Positions 21,178 to 32,558 of a DNA stretch of 64,000 nt are shown piece after piece. Numbering within the stretch: position 1 is the stretch's first letter; every line of letters starts with the position of its first letter. The notes under the pieces are model-generated. The model saw nothing but the letters and a program-made list of their open reading frames with translations, had not been told where the DNA came from and made no database searches. The stretch is from Candidatus Eiseniibacteriota bacterium (GTDB lineage Bacteria > Eisenbacteria > RBG-16-71-46 > CAIMUX01 > VGJL01), in assembly GCA_963792585.1 (NCBI GenBank), contig CAWBWI010000001.1, forward strand, positions 512,001 to 576,000, in the 5' to 3' direction. A program made the position numbers and the translations under genes.

Positions 21178-22038
21178 GTGCGAGGCTGCGAACGTATCGC
21201 GATCGATCCGAACCTCTCGAAGCCAGGCTGCGACGCGGCCGTGCGGCGGCTCTGCGCGTGGCTCGCGGAGCGCGGGCTGAAGGTCGTCGTTCCTCCGCAC
21301 GTCCTGCCCACTCCCCCGGGCGCGCGGGTCGTCGAGCGGGACGATCTCGCGCGCGAGTCGGACCTGGTGATCGTGCTCGGGGGGGACGGAACGCTCCTCT
21401 CCACGGCGCGCCGGGTCTACCCGCGAAGGGTGCCGATCCTCGGGGTCAACTTCGGCGGGCTGGGGTTCCTGACCGACGTGACGATCGAGAACATGATCCC
21501 TTCCCTCGAGCGAGTCCTGGCGGGCGACTACCGGCGCGAGAGCCGCATCATGTTGCGGGCGGATATCCTCGATGCGGACGGCCGGACGCGCGACCGCTGC
21601 TTCGCGATGAACGACGTTGTCATCCGCGAGGTGGGGCACCGTCTCCTCACCCTGCTGCCGCGGATCGGCTCGAGCGCGATGGGCGAGTTCAAGGCCGACG
21701 GTCTCATCGTCGCGACGCCGACCGGTTCAACCGCCTATTCCCTCTCGGCGGGCGGCCCGATCGTCGCGCCGACCCTGCGCGCGTTGATCGCCGCGCCGAT
21801 CTGCCCGCACAATCTCTCGATGCGCCCGATCCTCTTCCCGAGCGACGAGACGCTCGAGGTGCGGATCCAGCCAGCCGACGCGCGCGTCCAGGTGGTCGCT
21901 GATGGACAGGAAGCGCTCGACCTGAGGGCGGGCGAGGCGGTGCGGATCCGGCGTGCGCCCGGCACGATCGAGTTCCTCCTCGTGCAAAAGCGCAGTTTCT
22001 ACGACGTCCTGCGCGAGAAGCTGAAGTGGGGAGGCTAG
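21178..22038 (+). CDS. nadK: NAD kinase
   Basis: GGDGT, GLGFLT, ND, DGLIVATPTGSTAYSLSAGGP. Confidence 0.96.
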   Translation: MRGCERIAIDPNLSKPGCDAAVRRLCAWLAERGLKVVVPPHVLPTPPGARVVERDDLARESDLVIVLGGDGTLLSTARRVYPRRVPILGVNFGGLGFLTDVTIENMIPSLERVLAGDYRRESRIMLRADILDADGRTRDRCFAMNDVVIREVGHRLLTLLPRIGSSAMGEFKADGLIVATPTGSTAYSLSAGGPIVAPTLRALIAAPICPHNLSMRPILFPSDETLEVRIQPADARVQVVADGQEALDLRAGEAVRIRRAPGTIEFLLVQKRSFYDVLREKLKWGG

Positions 22039-22039
22039 C

Positions 22040-23750
22040 GTGCTCCGGCGCTTGCGTCTCGATCAGTTCGTGATCGTCGACTCCGCGGAGATCGAGTTCG
22101 GTCCCGCGCTCAATGCCGTGACGGGCGAGACCGGAACGGGGAAGTCGATCGTCATCGACGCGATCGGTTTCCTTGCCGGCGGTCGGGGCGATGCGGGCTG
22201 GATCCGGGCCGGAGCGAACGGGCTGGCCGTGGAAGGATCCTTCGAGGTTGAACGGCTTCCCGAGGCGATGGCGGTCGCCGCGCGTCTGGGGTGCCCGGCG
22301 CAGGACGGGCAGCTGATCGTGCGCCGCGAACTCTCCGCCGCGGGACGCGCGAGGGCCGTCGTCCAGGGGCGGAACATCCGGCAGGGCGAGCTTCGAGAAC
22401 TCGGCGAGCAACTTCTCGCGATCCATGGGCAGGGAGAGCACCGTCGTCTCCTCGATCCGGTCGTCCAGCTGGATCTGGTCGATCGATTCGCGGGGGCGCT
22501 CGTGCCCCGCGGCCGGTACGCGGCGGCGCGGGCGCGCTGGCTCGAGGCGGCCCGCGAGGTGGAGCAGGCCCGGGCACGCCTGGATGAGCTGGCCGACAAA
22601 GAGGAGTGGCACCGATTCCAGTTCGATGAGATCGACGCGGCCCGCATCACGCCCGGCGAGGAAGAGCGACTGCGCGCCGCGCGCGAGGATCTGGCCGGAC
22701 GGCAGCGGTCGATCGAGGTTCGCGGCGAGCTGACCGGGCTCCTGTTCGAAGACGAGGGGTCCGCGCTGGAACGGATCGAGTCGGCGCTGCACCGCCTGTC
22801 CGGGTTGGGCGAGGAGTGGCGGGGGCTGCGCGGCGAGATCGAGGCCGCGCGGGAAGCTCTCAAGAGGGCGCGCCGGGGGGTTCCTGTAGGGGTGCCCGAT
22901 GAGGAGGAGACAGGGCTCGATACGGTCGAAGCGCGGCTCGTCCTGCTCGCCCGCCTGAAGAAGAAGTACGGTCCGACCGAGGAGGCGATCCTGGAACGTC
23001 GGGAGCGGCTCGCGTCTCTCCTCGACGAGACGGACCGGCTTCGCGGCCGCATGGAAGCCTTGACCGGGGAGGTGGCCGTAGCGGCCCGGGCGGCGGCGGA
23101 TGCGGCGGTCAACCTGCGAAAGGTCCGTGCCGCGCGCGGCATCGGGGCTGGCCAAGGCCGTGACCGCCGAACTGCGCGCCCTCGGCATGGCGGGAGCCGT
23201 CCTGGATCTCGTTTTGGAGGAGGAAGAAGCGTCCGGGGAGGGTACGCTGTCGATAGGCGGACGTTCGGTCCGCAGCTTTGCGGACGGGTGCGATCGTGGG
23301 TGGTTCCGTCTGCGGCCCAATCCCGGCGAAGGATCGGGTCCTCTGGCGGAGGTCGCCTCGGGCGGCGAGTTGTCCCGTAGCCTTCTGGCACTCATGGCGG
23401 TCCTGGGAGCGCGCGAGGAGCCGCGGACGGCAATCTTCGACGAGGTGGATGCGGGCGTCGGCGGAGCGACCGCCGCAGCGGTGGCGCGGCGTCTCGAGGC
23501 GCTCGCGCGCGACCGGCAGGTGTTGCTGGTGACCCATCTGCCTCTTGTGGCGTGCCGGGCGCAACGGCACTTCCGGGTGGAGAAGAACGAGCGGGAGGGC
23601 CGGACGTCCGCCACGATCGCCGCCCTGGACCACCAGGAGCGGATCGGAGAACTGGCGCGAATGCTGGCCGGCGAAGTCGACTCGGACATCGCGCGGAAAC
23701 ACGCCGAGGCACTGATGGCGGCCGCCTCGGCCGGCAAGGAGATCGGATGA
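22040..23750 (+). CDS. recN: DNA repair protein RecN (frameshift near 23135)
   Basis: TGETGTGKS, IHGQ, ASGGELSR, IFDEVDAGVGG, VTHLP. Confidence 0.95.
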
Positions 23751-25278
23751 CGCTACCCTCGTACGAGGACTACGCCCGCTACGCCCGCGACTTCGCGGTC
23801 GTTCCCGTATACAAGCAGGTGCTCGCCGACCTCTCCACACCGGTGTCGGTCTTCCGGAACATCGATCCCTCACAGAACGCCGCATTGCTCGAGAGCGTTG
23901 AAGGGGGGGAGACCTGGGGTCGATTCTCGGCGATCGGCCTCGATCCCGGGACGATCTACGAATGCCGGGGGAACACGGCGACGATCCGCGACGCGAACGG
24001 CGTGCGGACGGAGGTCGAGGATCGTCCCCTCGGCGCTCTCGACCGCCTGCTCGCGGCCCACAGCGCTCCCGGAATCGACCAGTTGCCCAGGCTCGCCGGC
24101 GCCGCGATCGGCTTCGCGGCCTACGATCTCGTGCGCCGGATGGAGCGGTTGCCGGAGGAGGCGCGCGACGACCTGAAGGTACCGGACGCGCTGTTCGTCT
24201 TCTTCGAGACGGCGATCCTCTTCGACCATGCCGGACACACCGCGACGTTGGTCGTGCACACGCGCCCGGGAAAGGACCCGAAGAAGGCCTACGCCGCGGC
24301 CGTGGCGCGGCTCGATGCGATCGCCGCCATGCTCACGGCGCAGGCGCCCCTTCCCCCGCACCCCGCGCCGTCAACCGAACCGGTCGTCTTCCGGAGCCGT
24401 ACGGGGAGACCCGCCTATCTCGAGGCGGTCCGCCGCGCGAAGGAGTACATTCGCGCGGGCGACGTCGTGCAGGTCGTGCTCGCGCACCGGCTCGAGGCGG
24501 ATTTGCCCGCCGATCCGTTCGACGTCTATCGGGCGCTGCGCGTGATCAATCCCTCCCCCTACATGTTCTTCCTCCGTCTGGGGGAGTGGACGATCGCCGG
24601 CTCTTCACCCGAGGTCCTCGTGCGGCGCGAGCTGGACATCGTGCAGACAAGGCCCATCGCGGGGACCCGCGCGCGGGGTGGGGACGAGTTGTCGGATCGG
24701 TTGCTCGAGGAGGAGCTGCTCGGCAACGAGAAGGAAGTGGCCGAGCACATCATGCTCGTCGACCTCGGCCGCAACGATCTCGGGCGGATCTCCCGATTCG
24801 GAACGGTGGAAACGACTGAGTTCATGAAGGTCGAGCGGTACAGCCACGTGATGCACCTGGTCAGCAACGTCCGGGGGCGCCTGCGGGAGGGGCGCTCGAA
24901 CGCCGATGTGCTCTCCGCATGCTTCCCCGCCGGGACGGTATCCGGCGCGCCGAAGATCCGCGCGATGGAGATCATCGAAGAGCTCGAGCCGCTGCGGCGC
25001 GGACTCTATGCGGGCGCGGTCGGCTACATGGATTTCCACGGGAACATGGACACGGCGATCGCAATTCGCACCCTGCTCTTCCGCGCGGGCAAGGCATACC
25101 TGGGGGTGGGCGCGGGGATCGTGGCCGACTCGGATCCCGAGGCCGAGTGGGAGGAGACGCTGCGCAAGGGAAGCGCCCTGGTTCGCGCGTGCGAGGTCGC
25201 CGCGCGCGGGCTGACGGGAATGGAGCGGGGAGCGGCCGAGCTGCCCCCGATCGGGCCGGAACCGACCGGGGGTGCCGC

Positions 25279-25282
<4 letters not shown>
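23747..25282 (+). CDS. trpE: Anthranilate synthase component I
   Basis: [47 protein letters not shown]. Confidence 0.96.
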
Positions 25283-25848
<566 letters not shown>

Positions 25849-26898
25849 ATGAACGCGCGCGAGCCGATCCGGATCGATCTGCCCGGGGCGATCGCGCGCG
25901 TCGTCGACGGCCACTCGCTCACGCGCGAGGAATCGCGCGCGGTCATGCGGATCATCATGGCCGGGGACGCCACGCCCGCGCAGATCGGTGCGCTCCTCAC
26001 GGCCCTTCGAATGAAGGGGGAGACGGCCGGTGAGATCGCCGGCGCGGCGGAGGCGATGCGCGAGGCAGCGACGCCGGTCCGCACCGGGCGGAGTCCGATC
26101 GTCGACACGTGCGGAACGGGCGGGGACGGCAAGGGAACGCTCAACATCTCGACGGCTGCCGCGATCGTCGCCGCCGGCGGTGGGGTGACGATCGCCAAGC
26201 ACGGCAATCGCGCCGTCTCGAGCCGCAGCGGGAGCGCCGACGTCCTCGAAGCCCTCGGAGTCAAGATCGACCTGGGGGCCGATGCGCTCGGGCACTGCTT
26301 GGACGAAATCGGTCTCGCATTCCTCTTCGCGCCCGTCCTGCACCCGGCGATGCGGCATGCGATCGGACCCCGGCGGGAGATCCGTATCCGCACCCTCTTC
26401 AACGTCCTCGGCCCCATCACCAATCCCGCCGGAGCGCAGCGTCAGGTGCTCGGGGTCTTCGCCGCCCGATTGGCGCCGCTTCTGGCGCGCGTCCTGGCGG
26501 ATCTGGGGAGCGAGCACGCCCTCGTCGTCCACGGCGCGGGGGGAGAGGACGAACTGAGCCTGTCCGGGGAGAACCTCGCGCTCGAGACACGGGTAGGGGA
26601 AGACGCGCTGCGAAGCCTCTCCGTGCGTGCAGCGGATCTCGGGCTCACGCCCGCCGACGGCGATGTGCTGCAGGGCGGGGATGCGGTCGAGAACGCCCGC
26701 TGGCTCACCGGTCTTCTTGCGGGCGAGATCGCCGGCCCCTCGCGGGAGACGGTTCTCTTGAACGCGGCCGCGGCCTTCTATGTCGCCGGTCTCGCCCCCG
26801 ATCTGGTCGAGGGGTGCGCGCGGGCGCGGGAAAGCCTCGACTCGGGCGCGGCGGGTCGCACGCTCGCGCGCCTGCGCGAGACGAGCCAGAAGCTATGA
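25849..26898 (+). CDS. trpD: Anthranilate phosphoribosyltransferase
   Basis: DTCGTGGD, NISTA, KHGNRAVSSRSGSAD, RTLFNVLGP. Confidence 0.97.
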   Translation: MNAREPIRIDLPGAIARVVDGHSLTREESRAVMRIIMAGDATPAQIGALLTALRMKGETAGEIAGAAEAMREAATPVRTGRSPIVDTCGTGGDGKGTLNISTAAAIVAAGGGVTIAKHGNRAVSSRSGSADVLEALGVKIDLGADALGHCLDEIGLAFLFAPVLHPAMRHAIGPRREIRIRTLFNVLGPITNPAGAQRQVLGVFAARLAPLLARVLADLGSEHALVVHGAGGEDELSLSGENLALETRVGEDALRSLSVRAADLGLTPADGDVLQGGDAVENARWLTGLLAGEIAGPSRETVLLNAAAAFYVAGLAPDLVEGCARARESLDSGAAGRTLARLRETSQKL

Positions 26899-27692
26899 GC
26901 CTGCTCGAACAGATCTGCGATCGCAGACGGGAGACGATCCGGAGCCTGCGCGCGAAACTCCCGCTCTCTGCGCTCGAAGCATCCTCGCACTGGACGGAAT
27001 CGCGACGGCCCTTCGTCGATGCATTGCGGCGGCCGGCGGGCGAGCCCGTGCGCGTCCTGGCGGAGATCAAGCGGGCCTCTCCATCTGCGGGCCCGATCCG
27101 GGCCGGCGCGGATCCTGCGGAGATCGCTAAGACCTACGCGGCGGCGGGCGCCTCGGCCCTCTCGATCCTGACGGAGACCGAGCACTTCGACGGCGACCCG
27201 TCCTTCCTCGCGCGGGCGCGCGCCGTGGTCGATCTGCCCCTCCTGATGAAGGACTTCGTGATCGACGAGTGGCAGATCCCATGGGCCCGCAGCCTGGGCG
27301 CCGATGCGCTCCTTCTGATCGTTGCGGTGCTCGACCGGGTGCAGCTTCGGGATTTCGCGGCCGTCGCCCGTGAGCTGTCGTTGGCCGCGCTCGTCGAGGT
27401 CCACACCGAGGCGGAGTGCGAGCGCGCGCTGGAGATGGGTGCGAGTCTGATCGGCATCAACCACCGGGATCTCGCCACCTTCGAGATCGATCTGGGCCTG
27501 AGCGAGCGATTGCGGCCCCGCATCCCCGGGACGACGGTGACCGTAGCGGAGAGCGGGATCCGGAACCGCGCGGACGCCCTCCGGCTCGAGGCGCTGAAGA
27601 TCGACGCGCTTCTCGTCGGCGAATCGCTGATGCGCGCCCCGAATCCCGGCGACGCCCTGCGCAGTCTGCGCGGGGTGGAGGAGAGCGCGTGA
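26895..27692 (+). CDS. trpC: Indole-3-glycerol phosphate synthase
   Basis: AEIKRASPS, SILTE, KDFVID, LVEVH, GINHRDL, AESGI, LVGESLM. Confidence 0.96.
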   Translation: MSLLEQICDRRRETIRSLRAKLPLSALEASSHWTESRRPFVDALRRPAGEPVRVLAEIKRASPSAGPIRAGADPAEIAKTYAAAGASALSILTETEHFDGDPSFLARARAVVDLPLLMKDFVIDEWQIPWARSLGADALLLIVAVLDRVQLRDFAAVARELSLAALVEVHTEAECERALEMGASLIGINHRDLATFEIDLGLSERLRPRIPGTTVTVAESGIRNRADALRLEALKIDALLVGESLMRAPNPGDALRSLRGVEESA

Positions 27693-28321
27693 TCCGGGTC
27701 AAGGTCTGCGGGATCACGCGCGCGGAAGATGCGCTCCATGCGGCCCGTTCCGGCGCGGATCTGATCGGGATGGTCTTCGCGCCGAGCCCGAGGCGCGTCG
27801 ATCTGGCGGGCGCCGGCAAGATCGTAGAGGCGCTGTCCTCCGGGTGGGCTGATCTGGGGCGGGTCGGCGTCTTCGTGAACCCGACGCTCAAGGAGATCGA
27901 AGAGGCGACGGCCGCGGCCTCGCTCACGCACGTGCAGATTCATGGCACGCCGCCGGCGGAAGGGCTCCCGCGGCTCCCATGGATCGCGGCGATCGGCCTC
28001 GCTTCCGCCGATGACGCCCGGGCGCCGGCAGGGAATCCCTGGGCGGTTCTCGTGGAGCCCAGGGTGGAGGGGCTTGCCGGCGGGACGGGGAAGAGCTTCC
28101 CGTGGGAGTGGGTGCGGCCGTTGCTGGTTCGCGGGCGCGTCTTCGTTGCGGGTGGACTCGACGCGGCGCGTGTGGGGGAGTTGCTCGATGTCCTGACACC
28201 GTTCGGCGTCGATGCCTCGTCGGGATTGGAGTCGGAGCCCGGAATCAAGGATCCGGTCAAGGTTCAGGCGTTCATCCGGACGGTGCGCGCGCACGAGGAG
28301 AAGGAGCGGCAGAGACGATGA
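27689..28321 (+). CDS. trpF: Phosphoribosylanthranilate isomerase
   Basis: [41 protein letters not shown]. Confidence 0.95.
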   Translation: MIRVKVCGITRAEDALHAARSGADLIGMVFAPSPRRVDLAGAGKIVEALSSGWADLGRVGVFVNPTLKEIEEATAAASLTHVQIHGTPPAEGLPRLPWIAAIGLASADDARAPAGNPWAVLVEPRVEGLAGGTGKSFPWEWVRPLLVRGRVFVAGGLDAARVGELLDVLTPFGVDASSGLESEPGIKDPVKVQAFIRTVRAHEEKERQRR

Positions 28322-29526
28322 GCGGCAAGACGCGGGCCTATCCCGATCGGACGGGCCATTTCGGTCCCTACGGCGGCCGTTTCGTTCCCGAGACGTTGAT
28401 CGCCGCCCTCGACGACCTCATGGTCGCCTACCGCGCCGCCCGCAGCGACCCGGCCTTCGACCGCGAACTCGACGGCCTCCTGCGCGAGTACGTCGGCCGT
28501 CCCACGCCGCTCTATCACGCGAGGCGACTGGGGGAGAACCTCGGCGGATTGAGAGTCTATCTGAAGCGCGAGGATCTCGCCCACACCGGCGCGCACAAGA
28601 TCAACAATGCGCTCGGACAGGCGCTCCTGGCGCGTCGCATGGGGAAGCGGCGGATCGTCGCCGAGACCGGGGCGGGACAGCATGGGGTGGCGACGGCGAC
28701 CGCCTGCGCCCTCCTGGGTCTCGAGTGTCGCGTCTACATGGGCACGGAGGACATGGCGCGCCAGGCGCTCAACGTCTTCCGGATGCGGACCCTCGGCGCG
28801 GAAGTCACCGGCGTCGACTCGGGCAGCCGCACCCTCAAAGATGCGATCAACGAGGCGATGCGCGACTGGGTGACCACGGTCGAGACGACGCATTACATTC
28901 TCGGGTCGGTCCTCGGGCCGCACCCCTTCCCGCAAATCGTGCGGGACTTCCAGAGCGTGATCGGGCGCGAGGCGCGCTCCCAGATCCTGAAGAGGGAGGG
29001 CACCCTGCCCACCCTGCTGATCGCCTGCGTGGGCGGCGGCTCCAACGCGATCGGCCTCTTCCACCCGTTCCTGCGGGATCCGTCCGTCCGGATGGTCGGC
29101 GTGGAGGCCGGGGGCGAGGGGATCGACAGCGGCCGGCATGCGGCGCGCTTCCAGGAACACCGCGATGGGGTCCTCCACGGGACGCGCACCTACGTGCTGC
29201 AGAACGAGGACGGCCAGATCCGCGAGACCCATTCGGTCTCCGCGGGCCTCGACTATCCTGCCGTCGGGCCGGAGCATGCGATGCTCTTCGACGCGCGCCG
29301 CGTCCAGTACACCTACGCGACCGACCAGGAGGCGCTCGACGCGTTCGGATATCTCGCGCGGGTGGAGGGAATCCTCCCCGCGCTCGAGCCGGCCCACGCG
29401 GTCGCGCACCTGCGCAAGATCGGCCCCGTGCTCACGCCGGAGGACCTCGTCATCCTGAACCTGTCGGGCCGCGGCGATAAGGACGTGGAGACCGTGCAGC
29501 GGCTGGTGAACCCCACGATCGAATAG
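28318..29526 (+). CDS. trpB: Tryptophan synthase beta chain (TrpB1 type)
   Basis: [44 protein letters not shown]. Confidence 0.98.
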   Translation: MSGKTRAYPDRTGHFGPYGGRFVPETLIAALDDLMVAYRAARSDPAFDRELDGLLREYVGRPTPLYHARRLGENLGGLRVYLKREDLAHTGAHKINNALGQALLARRMGKRRIVAETGAGQHGVATATACALLGLECRVYMGTEDMARQALNVFRMRTLGAEVTGVDSGSRTLKDAINEAMRDWVTTVETTHYILGSVLGPHPFPQIVRDFQSVIGREARSQILKREGTLPTLLIACVGGGSNAIGLFHPFLRDPSVRMVGVEAGGEGIDSGRHAARFQEHRDGVLHGTRTYVLQNEDGQIRETHSVSAGLDYPAVGPEHAMLFDARRVQYTYATDQEALDAFGYLARVEGILPALEPAHAVAHLRKIGPVLTPEDLVILNLSGRGDKDVETVQRLVNPTIE

Positions 29527-29643
29527 ACGCCCGCCCCCGTGCAGGATCGATCTTGACGGCCGCGAAGAACGGGCCCACGCTGGTTCGCACCTGGCCGGGG
29601 CTTCCTCTCCCGCAAGCGCGGGGGATGGGTGTTCGGAGAGGTC

Positions 29644-31791
29644 ATGCGCGAGCCTCCACCCTCGATCGCCGCGGCCGTGCTCATCCTGGTCTTCACTGCA
29701 TCCGGCGCCTTGGCGGAAAACCCGCGGCTCGAGGCCTATCGCGACTCGATCCAGGATCGGGTCAAGGTCCTCCGGCGGATGGTGAGGAAGAGCGACAATC
29801 CCGACTCCATTCGTTTCACCCTCGCCACCACGCTCCGGGACGCGCGGAGTCTCGAGGGCCGCCTCGAAGCGGTCCGGATCCTCGAGGATCTCCGGCGACG
29901 CCATGGGACGGATTCTCGGGTCGCGCTCACGCTCGCGAACGTCTATCTCGACAGCCGGCGCCTGCGGGACGCGCGTGACACCCTCCTCCGATATGCGAGG
30001 AACGACTCCACGAATGTCGCCGCCCGCGTCCTCGCGGCCCGCCTCCTCGTCAAGGATATGCTCCACTACAGCGACCGGGAGCACCTCACGGCCGCCTCCG
30101 CATTGCTCGATCAGGCGCATGCGCTCGCGCCCGAGCACGACGACGCGCTCTATCTGGCGTCGGTGCTCCAGTACATCGCGCGGCGAGACGACCCGGATCG
30201 CGTGGCGCGAAGCCGGGAAGGTCGCCGACGGGCCGAGCAGATCGTCGCGCGGCGGCCGGACGACGCCCAGGCCTGTCTTCTGGCGGGCGTTCACTGCATG
30301 GATCTGGGCAGTCCGACCGACGCGGAGCACTGGTTCCAGAGAGGGATCTCCTACCTCCCGCCGGATGCGGCCGCAGATTTTCTGATTCCTCCGCCGCTCC
30401 TTGCGCGCGTTCGCTTGGAGGGAATCGATGAACAGAAACGGCTGATCACGGCTTACTGGGACGGCCAGGATCCGACCCCGCTCACGCTCGTCAACGAGAC
30501 GCAACTCCGGTACTGGTACAACATGACGATCGCGGACCTCTACTACGCGGAACCGGAGAAGGGCGTCCACGGATGGCAGACCGCGCCGGGAAAGTCGATC
30601 GTTCTGTTCGGCCCGCCCTTGCGGGCGAGCTTCGACCCCGGCACGGTGACCGCGGGAGGCGGGGTCGTGATCTTCGACCCGCCGCGGCTCGCGATGACCT
30701 ACGAGACCGGGCTCACGCTCACCTTCGAGGATGCCCTGCTTCAGTGGAAGTGGAGGGGCACGAAGGGTACGGACCATCTCCTGGCTGAGATCTCCAAGCT
30801 CGGCGTCGCGACCGCCGCGCCGATCCACCCCGGAGCGGCGCCGCGGATCTACGTGGCCCACGCCGGCGCACGCGGCGAGGGGGCGGGGGCCCGCGAGGGA
30901 TGCGTGATCGCCATCCCCCCCTGGAGTGACCATCCGCGCTGGTGGAGCGAGACGACCGGGAGCCTGCGTGTGGTCGATCCCGCCTACCGCGAGGTCGCGC
31001 GGACGGATTTCGCCGCGGACTCGACCGATCTACGAGAGATGGCCCATCATCGAGCCTGCCTGGTGCTGGGAAGTGATTTCGATCTTGCCCCCGGCAGTTA
31101 CACCCTTCTAGTCGACGTCTCCACCCCGCGCGGCACCGGGATCTGGGGAGACGCGGGGAAGGGCACGGTCCGCGTCCCTCTGGACGTGCGGGCGTTCGAG
31201 GCCGGCACGTTGCAGCTGAGCGATCTCGAACTCGCCCGCACGGGGACATTCAAGGAGCGGGCGACGGTGCTGCGGCAGCCGAGACGCGCCTTCCTTCCGA
31301 ATCCGCTCGGCGTGGTTGGGCCGGAGGGGAGCGTGGACATCGCCTACAGCGTCTACGATCTCGCCCGCGATCGGAACGGCGCCTGCCGGTACGAACTGGA
31401 CTACATGATCGTGCCGATCGCCTATCGCCGTGCGTACGAGAGGAAGCTCGTGAGCGGCGCCGCGACCCCGGAGGACTCGCTCGAGTTCGGCCGGCAGGGT
31501 CACAGGCTGGGGGATGTGACCCTTTCGGAGCGGAATCGCCAGGAGGTGCATTTCTCGCCCGCCGAAGTGAATCGGGCGGGAGTGAGACCCGACATTCGGA
31601 AGATGGCGACCCTCAATCTCGGCGGCATGGAGGAAGGCGCCTACGTCCTACGGGTTGTCGTGACCGACAAGATCTCCGGGCAGAGCGCGCGGGCGGAGAC
31701 GGTCGTACGTAAGGTCACGGCCGCACAGCCCGACTCCATGCTGGCAGCGCCGCGAAAGAACGGATCCGCCGCCCCCGATGGCGAGGACTGA
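29644..31791 (+). CDS. Secreted TPR + GWxTD-like domain protein
   Basis: Signal peptide, helical TPR-like region, YW..DPTPLTLVNE..YW..AD..GWQTAPGKSIVLFGPP, beta-rich C-terminus (LQLSDLEL, PNP). Confidence 0.75.
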   Translation: MREPPPSIAAAVLILVFTASGALAENPRLEAYRDSIQDRVKVLRRMVRKSDNPDSIRFTLATTLRDARSLEGRLEAVRILEDLRRRHGTDSRVALTLANVYLDSRRLRDARDTLLRYARNDSTNVAARVLAARLLVKDMLHYSDREHLTAASALLDQAHALAPEHDDALYLASVLQYIARRDDPDRVARSREGRRRAEQIVARRPDDAQACLLAGVHCMDLGSPTDAEHWFQRGISYLPPDAAADFLIPPPLLARVRLEGIDEQKRLITAYWDGQDPTPLTLVNETQLRYWYNMTIADLYYAEPEKGVHGWQTAPGKSIVLFGPPLRASFDPGTVTAGGGVVIFDPPRLAMTYETGLTLTFEDALLQWKWRGTKGTDHLLAEISKLGVATAAPIHPGAAPRIYVAHAGARGEGAGAREGCVIAIPPWSDHPRWWSETTGSLRVVDPAYREVARTDFAADSTDLREMAHHRACLVLGSDFDLAPGSYTLLVDVSTPRGTGIWGDAGKGTVRVPLDVRAFEAGTLQLSDLELARTGTFKERATVLRQPRRAFLPNPLGVVGPEGSVDIAYSVYDLARDRNGACRYELDYMIVPIAYRRAYERKLVSGAATPEDSLEFGRQGHRLGDVTLSERNRQEVHFSPAEVNRAGVRPDIRKMATLNLGGMEEGAYVLRVVVTDKISGQSARAETVVRKVTAAQPDSMLAAPRKNGSAAPDGED

Positions 31792-31870
31792 CGGCTCTCG
31801 TCGGCTTCCGCAAGGAAAGGCGCGCCCTCGGGGAGGACGCGCCGGGAAACTCACCGATCCGGATGCGGGT

Positions 31871-32422
31871 TCAGACCTTCAAGCGCTTCACGAACGGATC
31901 GAACGTCATGAAGTCGGCGTGGTGCACGATGTAGGCCTCCGTAGAACGCGTCACCAGGTTGCCTTCGCCCGCATGGGTCGCGACGATGTGACTCACCGCG
32001 TCGGGCAGCCCGCACTCCATGCAGAGCCCCACGCCCGTGAACGGGTGACGGAGGTACTTGCCGCGCGCGCTCTGCTTCGAGGCGCCGGTCTCGTCCTTCT
32101 CGTATTCGAGGAGCTTGCCGACGTCGGCCAGGATCGCTCCCGCGATCAAGACGTCCATGTCAACGGGCAGCGCGGCGCCGAAGGCGGCGTTCATCTTCTC
32201 GCCCGAGGCGCGCGCGATGTGGACGACGAGCCGCTTGTGCGCCATGAAAGTCACCGTGCAATCGGGGACCAAGAGAGTGAACGGGATCCGCTCGAGATCC
32301 GCCGGCGTGAGCGGGGAGTTCTCGAAGGCCTTCACCCAGCAGTTCAGGACCCTCTCCCGGAGCGCGCTGTCGGCGATCCACTCCAACTCGGGCCAGAGCT
32401 TCTTCACATCGTCTCGGAGCAT
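31871..32422 (-). CDS. HD-superfamily phosphohydrolase-like protein
   Basis: H...LIAGAILADVGKLLEY..LRHPFTG..HIVATH..IVHHAD; GGAGG SD upstream. Confidence 0.8.
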   Translation of the reverse strand: MLRDDVKKLWPELEWIADSALRERVLNCWVKAFENSPLTPADLERIPFTLLVPDCTVTFMAHKRLVVHIARASGEKMNAAFGAALPVDMDVLIAGAILADVGKLLEYEKDETGASKQSARGKYLRHPFTGVGLCMECGLPDAVSHIVATHAGEGNLVTRSTEAYIVHHADFMTFDPFVKRLKV

Positions 32423-32542
32423 CGTTCCTCCCATCCTCCCGGCGTCTCGAGGGGTCCTGCGGGGCCAATCCGGCGAGCCAAGGGCGTCGCCTTCCCCGGA
32501 AGGGTGGCACAGGGTGGGTCGCACATTCAACCGCCCGCGACG

Positions 32543-32551
32543 TGGTATAGT
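32543..32551 (+). promoter_or_regulatory. Extended -10 promoter (TGgTATAGT)
   Basis: Near-consensus element 7 nt before the ATG at 32559, in a divergent intergenic region. Confidence 0.55.
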
Positions 32552-32558
32552 CTTTCCC

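Noticed and set aside
28264..30933. 889-aa minus-strand ORF and similar long antisense ORFs (e.g. 21704-23737, 15326-16936)
   Set aside because: They are antisense shadows of well-supported genes, caused by high-GC codon bias, with no recognisable motifs.
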